From a virus: DNA of 64,000 bases. Positions 19,178 through 27,379 of the stretch are shown here, piece after piece. Under the pieces are notes generated by a model. That model was not told the origin of the DNA. It saw only the letters and a program-made list of their open reading frames with translations, and ran no database searches. Location of the stretch: IMG/VR virus record IMGVR_UViG_3300021197_001769; one strand, given 5' to 3'. Each line of letters begins with the position of its first letter. The stretch's first letter is position 1. The translations under genes and the position numbers were made by a program.

Positions 19178-20237
19178 TTACTTCTACCTCTATAGTTCTA
19201 TCTTCATTATCTTCTTCTACTATACCTTTGCTTGATGCAATAGAAAACTTTTTAGCAACAGCATCTGCCATTCCAGCTTTGAATAAAGGAATCCAGAAGT
19301 CAGAGTTACTTGTATCTGCTTTTCTCTTTTTATCAGTCATAACTTCACCAGTAGTAGGATTGATACCTTCATACCATCCATTAGAAGGTTTTCTTACCCA
19401 ACCTAATAACATACCTATTTCTAGTAATCCACCCCATTTAGAGATACCACCATCCCAAGTTACTACTAAAGGAACTCTAGTCTTTTCTTTTGTGAATCGA
19501 CTCTTCTCTACACCGATCATAAAGTTATAACCAGCGATTTCAGTACCTTCTTTCTCTTGCTGTCTACCCATAAAGAATATCTGATTAGCAGAGTAGTATA
19601 TACCAGTACCACCTGACATAATATCTTTAGGAAATAAACCAATCTCTTTATAAGTATGATTGATAACTACAGCAGGAATATCTCTAGTAGTTAGATAAGG
19701 AGTTATAATTCTAAACAGACCTTTCAATGCTTTAGCTCTAGACATATCTGCAACAGATTTCTCATTCATAGCATCTTCTAGTTCTTTCTTAGAAGCTAAG
19801 TTACCAATAGAGTCAATCATAATAATGACTTTATCACCTCTATCAATATTCTCTAATTGCTTAACAATATCAAACTTAAGCTGCTCTACATGCTCTACAG
19901 GAGTATGCAAGCATCTCTTAGGATCAACACCCATAGCAGTTAAGTAATCAGGAGTGATACCGAACTCAGTATCATATAATAGACAAATAGCATCTGGAAA
20001 CTTTTTAAGATAAGCAGATGTCATTATAAGAGCAAGGTTAGATTTAAAGTGTTTAGAAGGACCAGCAATAACAGTTAGTCCAGGGGTTAATCCACCATCG
20101 ATAGTGCCCGACAAAGCAATATTCAATACAGGTATATCTGTAGTGATCATATCTTTCTTATTAAAGAGTTTACTTTCGGAGAGTATAGCAGTTTGCTTGA
20201 CAGTAGAAGTTTTCTTAAGTTTATCTAGTAAGTTCAT
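19161..20237 (-). CDS. uvsX: RecA-like recombinase UvsX
   Basis: AGPSKHFKS, YDTEFG, DSIGNLASKKE, VADMSRAK, GGTGIYYSA; start trimmed to MNLLDKLK after a GAGG RBS. Confidence 0.96.
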   Translation of the reverse strand: MNLLDKLKKTSTVKQTAILSESKLFNKKDMITTDIPVLNIALSGTIDGGLTPGLTVIAGPSKHFKSNLALIMTSAYLKKFPDAICLLYDTEFGITPDYLTAMGVDPKRCLHTPVEHVEQLKFDIVKQLENIDRGDKVIIMIDSIGNLASKKELEDAMNEKSVADMSRAKALKGLFRIITPYLTTRDIPAVVINHTYKEIGLFPKDIMSGGTGIYYSANQIFFMGRQQEKEGTEIAGYNFMIGVEKSRFTKEKTRVPLVVTWDGGISKWGGLLEIGMLLGWVRKPSNGWYEGINPTTGEVMTDKKRKADTSNSDFWIPLFKAGMADAVAKKFSIASSKGIVEEDNEDRTIEVEVNETES

Positions 20238-20383
20238 ATTATCCTCGTTAGCTGTTTTATTCGCAGGAGCGACCTGAAAAAAATAAAGAGGCAATCTTTC
20301 GACTGCCTCAATATTTATAGTAAGTTTTTCGAAAATGTTTAGCTACTTAACCAATCATTTTCTTCATCTGAATAAGGCCACAC

Positions 20384-20617
20384 TTAAGATCTCTTTTCGT
20401 ATTCTTTAGCAGTCTTGTCATTTAATTGCATAATAATATGCCTTAAATCTTGATCTCTGCCATAGAATCCTAGTTGTTGTAATTCTCTTGCTACTTGTAC
20501 ATTAGCTGACATCTGTCTACCTACTATGATAGCTCTTAATGTTTCTTTTAATGCGTTAGCAATTGAAGCACATATCTTACATGTGACATTATATGTAGTT
20601 TGAGTTATTGCAGTCAT
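20384..20617 (-). CDS. small hypothetical protein downstream of hsp20
   Basis: 77-aa ORF with GGAG RBS. Confidence 0.65.
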   Translation of the reverse strand: MTAITQTTYNVTCKICASIANALKETLRAIIVGRQMSANVQVARELQQLGFYGRDQDLRHIIMQLNDKTAKEYEKRS

Positions 20618-20661
20618 TGGTTTACTCCATTTTTGACTTAATTAAAAATGAGAGTCGCTGA

Positions 20662-21072
20662 TTAGTTAATATTAATTACTTTAGGTTTTCTTTCTTCTGG
20701 AAGTTTAACTTCAAGATTAATGACAAGAATTCCATTAGTAATATCAGCACCTGTAACTTCGGTGTACTCAGACAGCCTATAAGATTTAGTAAACTTACGA
20801 GCTGAAATGCCCTTGTGGACATACATTTCCTGTGGTCTTCGACGTTCACGATTTCCTGTAATAGTTAATACGTGCTCTTTTACCTCAATCTTAATATCTT
20901 CTTTGCTAAATCCCGCTATTGCTAGCTCAACTAAGTGCTCTGTGGCGCTTAACTTCACTACATTGTGCGGTGGATATGTATCCTTAGCGTGTAAGCCGAT
21001 GTTATCGATCTCGTTTAAGAGATGGTCGAAACCTAAAAAAGCGTTCCTTGGGAACATAAAAGTACCAGTCAT
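20662..21072 (-). CDS. small heat-shock protein Hsp20 (IbpA-like)
   Basis: FLGFD, YPPHNVVK, ELAIAGF, HKGISARKF, A...NGIL; start chosen after GGAGG. Confidence 0.95.
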   Translation of the reverse strand: MTGTFMFPRNAFLGFDHLLNEIDNIGLHAKDTYPPHNVVKLSATEHLVELAIAGFSKEDIKIEVKEHVLTITGNRERRRPQEMYVHKGISARKFTKSYRLSEYTEVTGADITNGILVINLEVKLPEERKPKVININ

Positions 21073-21076
21073 ATTT

Positions 21077-21098
21077 GCCTCCATTTGTTATGCAAGAC
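21077..21098 (-). promoter_or_regulatory. ROSE-like RNA thermometer hairpin occluding the hsp20 SD
   Basis: GUCUU-G-CAU/AUG-GAGGC pairing with a bulged G opposite the GGAGG SD. Confidence 0.55.
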
Positions 21099-21132
21099 GG
21101 TTGTCACTCCCGATTACTCGGCTAGTGTACGT

Positions 21133-21140
21133 TATTTATA
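21133..21140 (-). promoter_or_regulatory. T4-type late promoter TATAAATA (hsp20)
   Basis: exact TATAAATA about 60 nt upstream of the start. Confidence 0.7.
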
Positions 21141-21159
21141 GTTAGTTACTCGAATATTT

Positions 21160-21405
21160 TTATGCAGTTTTAGGAATATTTTTCGAATCGTTTTTAATTT
21201 TTTCTTCTAAATGACCAATCATAATTCTTCTCATATATTCAGCTCTTGTGAGATCTGTAAATGAGTATTCTCTTATATCATCATTAGTAATACGTATTGA
21301 AAAATTATAAAATGCTCCAGATTTTTTTATACTAGATGCACTTCCTGCGGCTATCTTTTTTGTATTAACCAAGGTTCCAAATTTAGTTTCGATTATATTT
21401 GTCAT
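21160..21405 (-). CDS. small hypothetical protein under glutamine-riboswitch control
   Basis: ATG at 21405 after AAAGGAAG; the ORF-track extension runs into the riboswitch. Confidence 0.7.
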   Translation of the reverse strand: MTNIIETKFGTLVNTKKIAAGSASSIKKSGAFYNFSIRITNDDIREYSFTDLTRAEYMRRIMIGHLEEKIKNDSKNIPKTA

Positions 21406-21430
21406 AACACTTCTTCCTTTTACAGTTAAA

Positions 21431-21482
21431 GTGCGTTGCTTCAGCAAAATAGCTTACTTCCGGGTATGGAAACCCCAACGAT
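21431..21482 (-). promoter_or_regulatory. glutamine riboswitch (glnA motif, class I)
   Basis: minus strand AUCGUUG-GGGU..ACCC-GGAAGUA-AGC..GCU-GAAG-CAACGC: P1 CGUUG/CAACG, E-loop AGUA/GAA, three-way junction. Confidence 0.88.
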
Positions 21483-21486
21483 AGTT

Positions 21487-21494
21487 TATTTATA
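21487..21494 (-). promoter_or_regulatory. T4-type late promoter driving the riboswitch leader
   Basis: exact TATAAATA ending 4 nt before the aptamer. Confidence 0.75.
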
Positions 21495-23178
21495 ATGTTA
21501 AGTTAACGTTCTTAGCCCAAGTTTTAAAGAAAGCTGAAGCGTAGAAAGTCTTTACTCCATCTGCTCTTTGCCAATCAACTAAGTTATCTATTTTATTATC
21601 TAATGGTTCTCTTATACGACTAACCATCTTATCTCTAAACTTCTGTTGAGTCTTTCTCCATTCATTATCTGGAATAGACCATCCTGTTTTAGGTTTGTTA
21701 ATAATATATTCAGGTAGAATACCTTTTAAACTATCTCTAGCTAAAAACTTATATTCACCATTAGCGTACTTATTAGGTTCTAAATTTTCCATTTTAATTA
21801 ATGAAGGTATACCCATCACGTACTTATAGAACTTTTGATTGAGTAAAGGAAATCTTCCTTCCATTCCAAAATATGAACCAAACTTATCATTTCTAGTTAA
21901 AAAGTCTTCTGATACTCTTGTAAGCATTTCTACAAACAAACAGTTGTTAAGGTGATCATCACCAAAAACGTTACCAGGAAACCAGCTTTCCATATAGTTG
22001 ACATAAGCTACTTCTCCCATTTCTAAACTTTGATCTAATACATTCATTCGTTTTTTAGGTTTCCACGCAATAGCTCTATAATGGTCCCTAAATGGATTAT
22101 CTGTATTATCATATCTACCATGAGTTATATAACCTGTATACATCTCATCTCCACCATCTCCAGAATAAGTAACAATAGTTCCTGCTTCTTTTAGAGCTCT
22201 ATTAATTGTAAAATAAGATGGAGTAGATTTATTGAATACAGGTTGCTCTAAAGCTAACATAGCTTCTTCTAAATCAGCATAATAATTTTCTGGAGTAATA
22301 TTAATATTACAATGATTAAAATTATATTCTTCAGCCATTTTTTGAGCCATATCAGCATCGTCATTAAAGTTAGCTGATTGAGGCTCATATCTTGATGTGA
22401 ATGTATTCTTTTCTTCTAGATAGTGAGCAACAGAAGTACTATCAAGACCACCAGAAAGAAAAACACCTCGCTGTCTAACACCAATATAACTTTTTCTAAT
22501 TGCTTCCTCAAGTTCATCTCTAAACTGTTCTTTACTAACATCTAAATCATTTATAAAATTATAATCATCCCATACATTAGTTGTTACTCTTTTTCTTGTT
22601 AAACAATCATATTCAATTATCTGCCCTGGAGTTAATTTAAAAGTTTCATCAATTAAAGTTAAGTAACCAGGAACATATCCAAATTGTCTATAAAGAGCAA
22701 AAGCAAAAAGATTTAATTTAGTTTCTTTTCTTTCTAATGCATGCATAGATGATGAAAATATCATACCTTTGTTAGTATTTCTATAAAATAAAGGTTTAAC
22801 TCCAAAATGGTCTCTTGCTATAATTAACTTACCATCTTTATAGAAAGCTAAAGCCCACATACCTTCTAATTTACTTAAAAACTTAGGACCTTCCTCATAT
22901 AATCCTTTAGCTACAGCATGAGTATCTATTTCATACTCAGGATAAAACTCTTTATGATTATAGATAGCACCATTGAATATTAGTGCGCTATCTTTATAAA
23001 GATAAGGTTGTAAAGATTGACCTATATCTCCATAGATAGCTAATAAGTTATGTCCGAAAGATACATGATGATTAGTCCAAGTAGAAGAACCATCAGGCCC
23101 TCTTCTCTTTGTATGCTCCATCATTCTATAAATTCTAGCTAACTGATTACCTTCAGTTATACCATTAATTCCGCACAT
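21490..23178 (-). CDS. asnB: asparagine synthase-like glutamine-dependent amidotransferase
   Basis: MCGING, RRGPDG, FNGAIYN, ARD.FGVKPL, LSGGLDS, SGDGGDE, E.RFPLL, PKTG. Confidence 0.92.
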   Translation of the reverse strand: MCGINGITEGNQLARIYRMMEHTKRRGPDGSSTWTNHHVSFGHNLLAIYGDIGQSLQPYLYKDSALIFNGAIYNHKEFYPEYEIDTHAVAKGLYEEGPKFLSKLEGMWALAFYKDGKLIIARDHFGVKPLFYRNTNKGMIFSSSMHALERKETKLNLFAFALYRQFGYVPGYLTLIDETFKLTPGQIIEYDCLTRKRVTTNVWDDYNFINDLDVSKEQFRDELEEAIRKSYIGVRQRGVFLSGGLDSTSVAHYLEEKNTFTSRYEPQSANFNDDADMAQKMAEEYNFNHCNINITPENYYADLEEAMLALEQPVFNKSTPSYFTINRALKEAGTIVTYSGDGGDEMYTGYITHGRYDNTDNPFRDHYRAIAWKPKKRMNVLDQSLEMGEVAYVNYMESWFPGNVFGDDHLNNCLFVEMLTRVSEDFLTRNDKFGSYFGMEGRFPLLNQKFYKYVMGIPSLIKMENLEPNKYANGEYKFLARDSLKGILPEYIINKPKTGWSIPDNEWRKTQQKFRDKMVSRIREPLDNKIDNLVDWQRADGVKTFYASAFFKTWAKNVNLTL

Positions 23179-24632
23179 TAAGAGCAAACCTTTACATTAT
23201 ATTTCTTTTCAAATCTTTTTGCATCTCTTTTTGTATTTACCATAGGTTCACCTCTAATATTAAGAGAGGTATTCAATAGCATAGGACATCCAGTTTCTTT
23301 ATACCATTCTTCTAATAGCATTCTAAAACCTGGACTATCATCTTTACCTACAGTTTGAACTCTACTAGAACCATCTACATGTATTATAGCTGGAAACTCA
23401 TCTGGTTTTTTACAATTACCTACAAATTGCATGAAAGGTGAGTCATCAGTTACAATATCAAAATATTCATTAACATGTTCTTTGAGAATAGCTGGAGCAA
23501 ATGGTCTAAACATTTGTCTTCTTTTAATATTGTTGACCGTATCTTTAATCTCATTACCTCTTGGGTCTGCTAGTAAGCTTCTATGTCCTAATGCTCTAGG
23601 ACCAAATTCAGCTCTTCCTGATGCTACACCTACAATCTTATTTTTCTTAAGTTCGTCTATAATATCATATACAGGGTATATTCCAGGAATCTTAGTTCCA
23701 AGATAAGGACCAGGCCATTTACAAAAGTCATCATAATGTGCTAAAGCAGCTCCTAATGAAGAACCACAATCTCCAGGATTAGGCATAATCCATACATGAT
23801 CAAAATAATCATATAATATTCTATTTGCTACACAGTTAAGAGCGACTCCACCCATAAAAACTACATTAGTTCTACCAGTAAGTATATTTGCTTTATGCAT
23901 TACTTCTGAAATAAACTCTTCTGTAACTACTTGAATACTACATGCTAGATCTTCTTTTTCAGCTAGAGGTAAATAATTACCAATACCTTGATGCACATTC
24001 ATTCTTAATTTTAGTTTTTTAATATCTACCAAATCTTCTTTTATTTGTTTAGTAAAAGTAGGCATGCCCCAACCAGCCATACCCATTGTAATATACTCTT
24101 CATCTAATGGTTTAAGTCCGACTCTCTTAGTAAATGCTGAATACAATAAACCTAAACTATGAGGTAATTTTCTACTCCATACTTTTTTAATATTGTGACC
24201 ATCCGCATCCCAAATTGTAATAGTTTCAAATTCACCAATAGCATCTATAACTACAATAGCAGCATCTCTAAATGGACTTGAATAATAACCTGCTGTTGCA
24301 TGAGTATAATGATGGTCAAATAATTGAACAGGAGCATCAATACCGAATGATTGCATATATGTTTCTGGATGAGTATCGAAAGGAGAGTATCTCCATTCAC
24401 CAGTTAATAGCTTTCTAATATTCTTTTTCCAAGGTTTTTCATACCATGCTACAGCATCAGGTTTACCAAACTTTAAGGCTTCCTTAATGATCTTATCATT
24501 AAGATGCTTATCATGCTTTATACCAGAATATCTTTCAGAGTGAGCTGCAAAAACAATCTCACCGTTTTTAATTACGCTTAGTCCAGCGTCATGGAAGTAT
24601 GCAGATACTCCCCAAATAATTTTATTTTCCAT
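23178..24632 (-). CDS. carbamoyltransferase (NodU/CmcH/TobZ family)
   Basis: HDAG, ERYS..KHD, HHYTHA, SLGLLYS, GGVALNC, GRAEFGPRALG.RS, RPFAP, LLNTSLN. Confidence 0.93.
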   Translation of the reverse strand: MENKIIWGVSAYFHDAGLSVIKNGEIVFAAHSERYSGIKHDKHLNDKIIKEALKFGKPDAVAWYEKPWKKNIRKLLTGEWRYSPFDTHPETYMQSFGIDAPVQLFDHHYTHATAGYYSSPFRDAAIVVIDAIGEFETITIWDADGHNIKKVWSRKLPHSLGLLYSAFTKRVGLKPLDEEYITMGMAGWGMPTFTKQIKEDLVDIKKLKLRMNVHQGIGNYLPLAEKEDLACSIQVVTEEFISEVMHKANILTGRTNVVFMGGVALNCVANRILYDYFDHVWIMPNPGDCGSSLGAALAHYDDFCKWPGPYLGTKIPGIYPVYDIIDELKKNKIVGVASGRAEFGPRALGHRSLLADPRGNEIKDTVNNIKRRQMFRPFAPAILKEHVNEYFDIVTDDSPFMQFVGNCKKPDEFPAIIHVDGSSRVQTVGKDDSPGFRMLLEEWYKETGCPMLLNTSLNIRGEPMVNTKRDAKRFEKKYNVKVCS

Positions 24633-24719
24633 TAGTGATATATAAATGGATCTTTAGATTTCATTTCTTTGATCTTCTTCTTCATCTCAAAATAAATTCT
24701 AATTTTTGTAATAATTTTT

Positions 24720-25385
24720 TTAAAGAAGTTTACCATTTTCTATGAACTCTAAGAGTCCCTCCGCCCATAATTTATGTCCATCATAAGATGGATGCTCATC
24801 AACTCCAGCTTCGAGTTGGTAGTTATTATCTCTACAAAAAGTTAAATGGTCTGTATCTTTTTTATATACTTTAGACCAATCTACCATTTCGTAGAGCAGT
24901 TGACTATCTCGAGTTCTAAGATCAAAAGTCTGTGGTAACCCGAAATACATAACATATTTAATACCGTTTAATTTAAAGTAATTCTGCAGATCTAGTATGT
25001 TATTACAAGTATCGAATGTATCATCCATTGTGTCATCATACTTTTTCTGCTTCATATAGAACTGGTACTCTTCATGCTTTACCCATGTCCTCCAAGGGGT
25101 ATCAAGGTCTAACCATCTGTCTAAACCTAATGCAGGGTAATCTTTTCTTCCTGGACCTGACCATTGAATAACAGCAAAAGCATTTTTCTTTCTCTCAGTA
25201 TCATATTCATAATACAATTTTGATGTAATAGCTATTCTTCTATTACCTCTTCCTCCTCTACCATATTGAGTAGATTCTAAGTTGTAATGATCAGCTACTA
25301 ATCTACTAGCAAAAGTATCTACTTTAGCGTTAGCAGTTTTTCTATTAGTACTGAACGAACATCCATTTGTAAATACATGGTTCAA
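24720..25385 (-). CDS. SGNH/GDSL-like hypothetical protein
   Basis: NGCSFS, G.GN, QWS, DEHPS..GH..WA. Confidence 0.55.
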   Translation of the reverse strand: MNHVFTNGCSFSTNRKTANAKVDTFASRLVADHYNLESTQYGRGGRGNRRIAITSKLYYEYDTERKKNAFAVIQWSGPGRKDYPALGLDRWLDLDTPWRTWVKHEEYQFYMKQKKYDDTMDDTFDTCNNILDLQNYFKLNGIKYVMYFGLPQTFDLRTRDSQLLYEMVDWSKVYKKDTDHLTFCRDNNYQLEAGVDEHPSYDGHKLWAEGLLEFIENGKLL

Positions 25386-25525
25386 CGTGAAGATCCTTGT
25401 GCTCTATATTTTTTAAAGCTTCTTCTTTTGTTTTTGTTCATCATTGCTACTGAAGGTTTACGTCCAATAGAGGTCTTCTTTGGATTTGAAATGTGTGTTG
25501 TTTGAGGTCTAAATCGCGTTGGCAT
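25382..25525 (-). CDS. small basic phage protein (not in the ORF track)
   Basis: MPTRFRPQ...KKTSIGRKPSVAMMNKNKRRSFKKYRAQG; AGGAG RBS. Confidence 0.55.
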   Translation of the reverse strand: MPTRFRPQTTHISNPKKTSIGRKPSVAMMNKNKRRSFKKYRAQGSSR

Positions 25526-25545
25526 AATATACTCCTAAAAAATTA

Positions 25546-25850
25546 ATGGCACTTCTGTTGCCAGGTAGTACCCACCCCGCTAATCGCTACTAAGTCGACT
25601 AGGCTGAAGCTGCAAGAGCTTCCTGCACAAGTGAGACACGCTCGACTTTTACAGGTAAGATTGAAGCAAAAGTAGTGCTTTTTTTAGCATTTACTTTAAT
25701 GTACGTATCTCTAAGAAAACTTTTCAACATACGTCGATCCTATTTCGCCCCCATAAGAAACACTCAACTATGCAAGTGTTTATGGTGGAGGCGCCGGGTA
25801 CCGCCCCCGGGTCCGTCCTATCTATTGCGAGATCCATCATCAAGCAACGT
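25546..25850 (-). ncRNA. ssrA: circularly permuted two-piece tmRNA, alphaproteobacterial type
   Basis: acceptor piece ends CCGGG-GGCGGUA-CCCGG-CGCCUCC-ACCA (CCA at 25785-25783); coding piece starts GGGGGCGAAAUAGGAUCGAC at 25752; G3:U pair; AACAGAA near the 3' end; tag ORF 25688-25599; outer ends approximate. Confidence 0.95.
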
Positions 25851-25856
25851 ACTAAA

Positions 25857-25864
25857 TATTTATA
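25857..25864 (-). promoter_or_regulatory. T4-type late promoter for tmRNA
   Basis: exact TATAAATA immediately upstream of the acceptor piece. Confidence 0.75.
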
Positions 25865-26217
25865 TGGGAAAAGCGAAAAAAGTTTTTAGAGTTTATGTAA
25901 CTTATTTTCCAGATGGAAGATATTACATAGGTTTCTCTCAAAAACCAGAAAAACAATATGTTAATTATTATGGTTCCTCTAAAGAAGTTTTAGAATACGA
26001 TAAAAGTTTACTTATAAAAGATACAATAGTAGTCTACACTGAAAAGAACAAAGCAAAGATGCAAGAGTTTCTTTTACAATGGTGGCATAGACATGATCCT
26101 AAGTGTATCAATGATATGTTGAATATAAGATTAAGATCTAAGTATCTTGATGGTTTTGTTCCGGTACATTGGAGTCCTCGTGACATTCGTCAGTTAGAAT
26201 TAGATTTCCATAATTAG
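25864..26217 (+). CDS. GIY-YIG-like endonuclease domain protein
   Basis: VYVTYFPDGRYYIGFS, YYGSS, QE, N.M; start trimmed to MGKAKK. Confidence 0.6.
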   Translation: MGKAKKVFRVYVTYFPDGRYYIGFSQKPEKQYVNYYGSSKEVLEYDKSLLIKDTIVVYTEKNKAKMQEFLLQWWHRHDPKCINDMLNIRLRSKYLDGFVPVHWSPRDIRQLELDFHN

Positions 26218-26294
26218 GCCATCCATAATCATCAGGTGATTCACCTATGTACCGCCATCTAACAACTCCAGTATCAGGATTTCTCTCGTAGATT

Positions 26295-26525
26295 TTAGGT
26301 CGATTCAACTAATAATCCTGGATTGTTTTCTAATTCTTTAATAGTTTCAAGCTTATCTCTAGCATCAGTCATCGAAGCAATAAGTTTATCCATCTCTTCA
26401 ACATGCTGAGGATGTTCTCCAATAGCAACTGGATTGTTAAGATATACTTGAATTGTAGCTTCAGCTTCTTTATACTGAGCTTCATACTTAGCTTTAAGAG
26501 CTCCTACAAATCGTTCTTTATACAT
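26295..26525 (-). CDS. conserved T4-like hypothetical protein
   Basis: A.I.VYL.NPVAIGEHP...EEMDK pattern. Confidence 0.7.
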   Translation of the reverse strand: MYKERFVGALKAKYEAQYKEAEATIQVYLNNPVAIGEHPQHVEEMDKLIASMTDARDKLETIKELENNPGLLVEST

Positions 26526-27379
26526 TATCTACCATCTCCTAACAAAGTAGTATAACCAGGTGTATCCTTAGTTATATTTCTAAATGCATCACTAGGTTCG
26601 TAAACCTGAATTTGCATTCCGTATCTATAAGTATCATCGACTTCATTAAATTTTTCAACTGCATGAAAGCACCAACGAGACTTAAAGAAAACAAATAATT
26701 GATTAGGCTTATATGACATTTGAGCTGCTTTAGTAAAACCATCAAAACCAAAATGTCTACCTCCGTAAGAGATATCTTTATCTTTAGCTTGCCATAAAGA
26801 AGTACCTAAATGCTCAAATCCTTCTTGTTTAGGAAATGAAAATATATTAGTAAAAACTCTATCTTCTCTATCTGTATGAGGTCCAATAAAATAATCTTTA
26901 TCATGTCTCTGTACAAACCATTCTTGTACTACACTATCTGACCATTTATTATCTTTCATTAATGGTCCAAATTGAGTAGCAAAATAAGTTTTAAAATGAT
27001 TTGCAATTGTATTTACATACCAATTATCTTTGATTAATACGTCATGAATAATCTGCCAAAACTGCACATCAGGCTGTGTTTTATCTGCTTTCACGATGTC
27101 ATAACAATCTACTTGTTTACGAATCTGATAGTGAGAGTTGTTCTTACTATGCTTTTGTAACCAAGGTTTAGATAAATGTGATTGAGTTATTAAAGGGTTA
27201 CACTCATGAAACCCTTCATAGATGCTTTTAGGCCAAATATTTTCTACCTGAAAATGTGGAAAAGGATATAACTCTACTTCCACATTCTCGATAGCAGCAC
27301 GCATATGCTTTCTTATTTTTTTTACATGATCTTCTGTATTCACGCAACGCTCCTTTTTTGATCCTCGCGGGCATGCCAC
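26525..27379 (-). CDS. 2OG-Fe(II) oxygenase
   Basis: PFPHF, IGPHTD (HxD), GTS, YKPN..FVF, HAV, distal R. Confidence 0.8.
   Translation of the reverse strand: MACPRGSKKERCVNTEDHVKKIRKHMRAAIENVEVELYPFPHFQVENIWPKSIYEGFHECNPLITQSHLSKPWLQKHSKNNSHYQIRKQVDCYDIVKADKTQPDVQFWQIIHDVLIKDNWYVNTIANHFKTYFATQFGPLMKDNKWSDSVVQEWFVQRHDKDYFIGPHTDREDRVFTNIFSFPKQEGFEHLGTSLWQAKDKDISYGGRHFGFDGFTKAAQMSYKPNQLFVFFKSRWCFHAVEKFNEVDDTYRYGMQIQVYEPSDAFRNITKDTPGYTTLLGDGR

Noticed and set aside
25783-25815. tRNA-Ala gene or integration-site remnant
   Set aside because: No anticodon arm; the matching 5' half lies downstream in permuted order with a tag ORF, so it is tmRNA.
25675-25863. N-terminal 63 codons of the 180-aa plus-strand ORF
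   Set aside because: They are the antisense of the tmRNA (WWRRRVPPPGP is the reverse T-arm/acceptor); the real gene most likely starts at ATG 25864.
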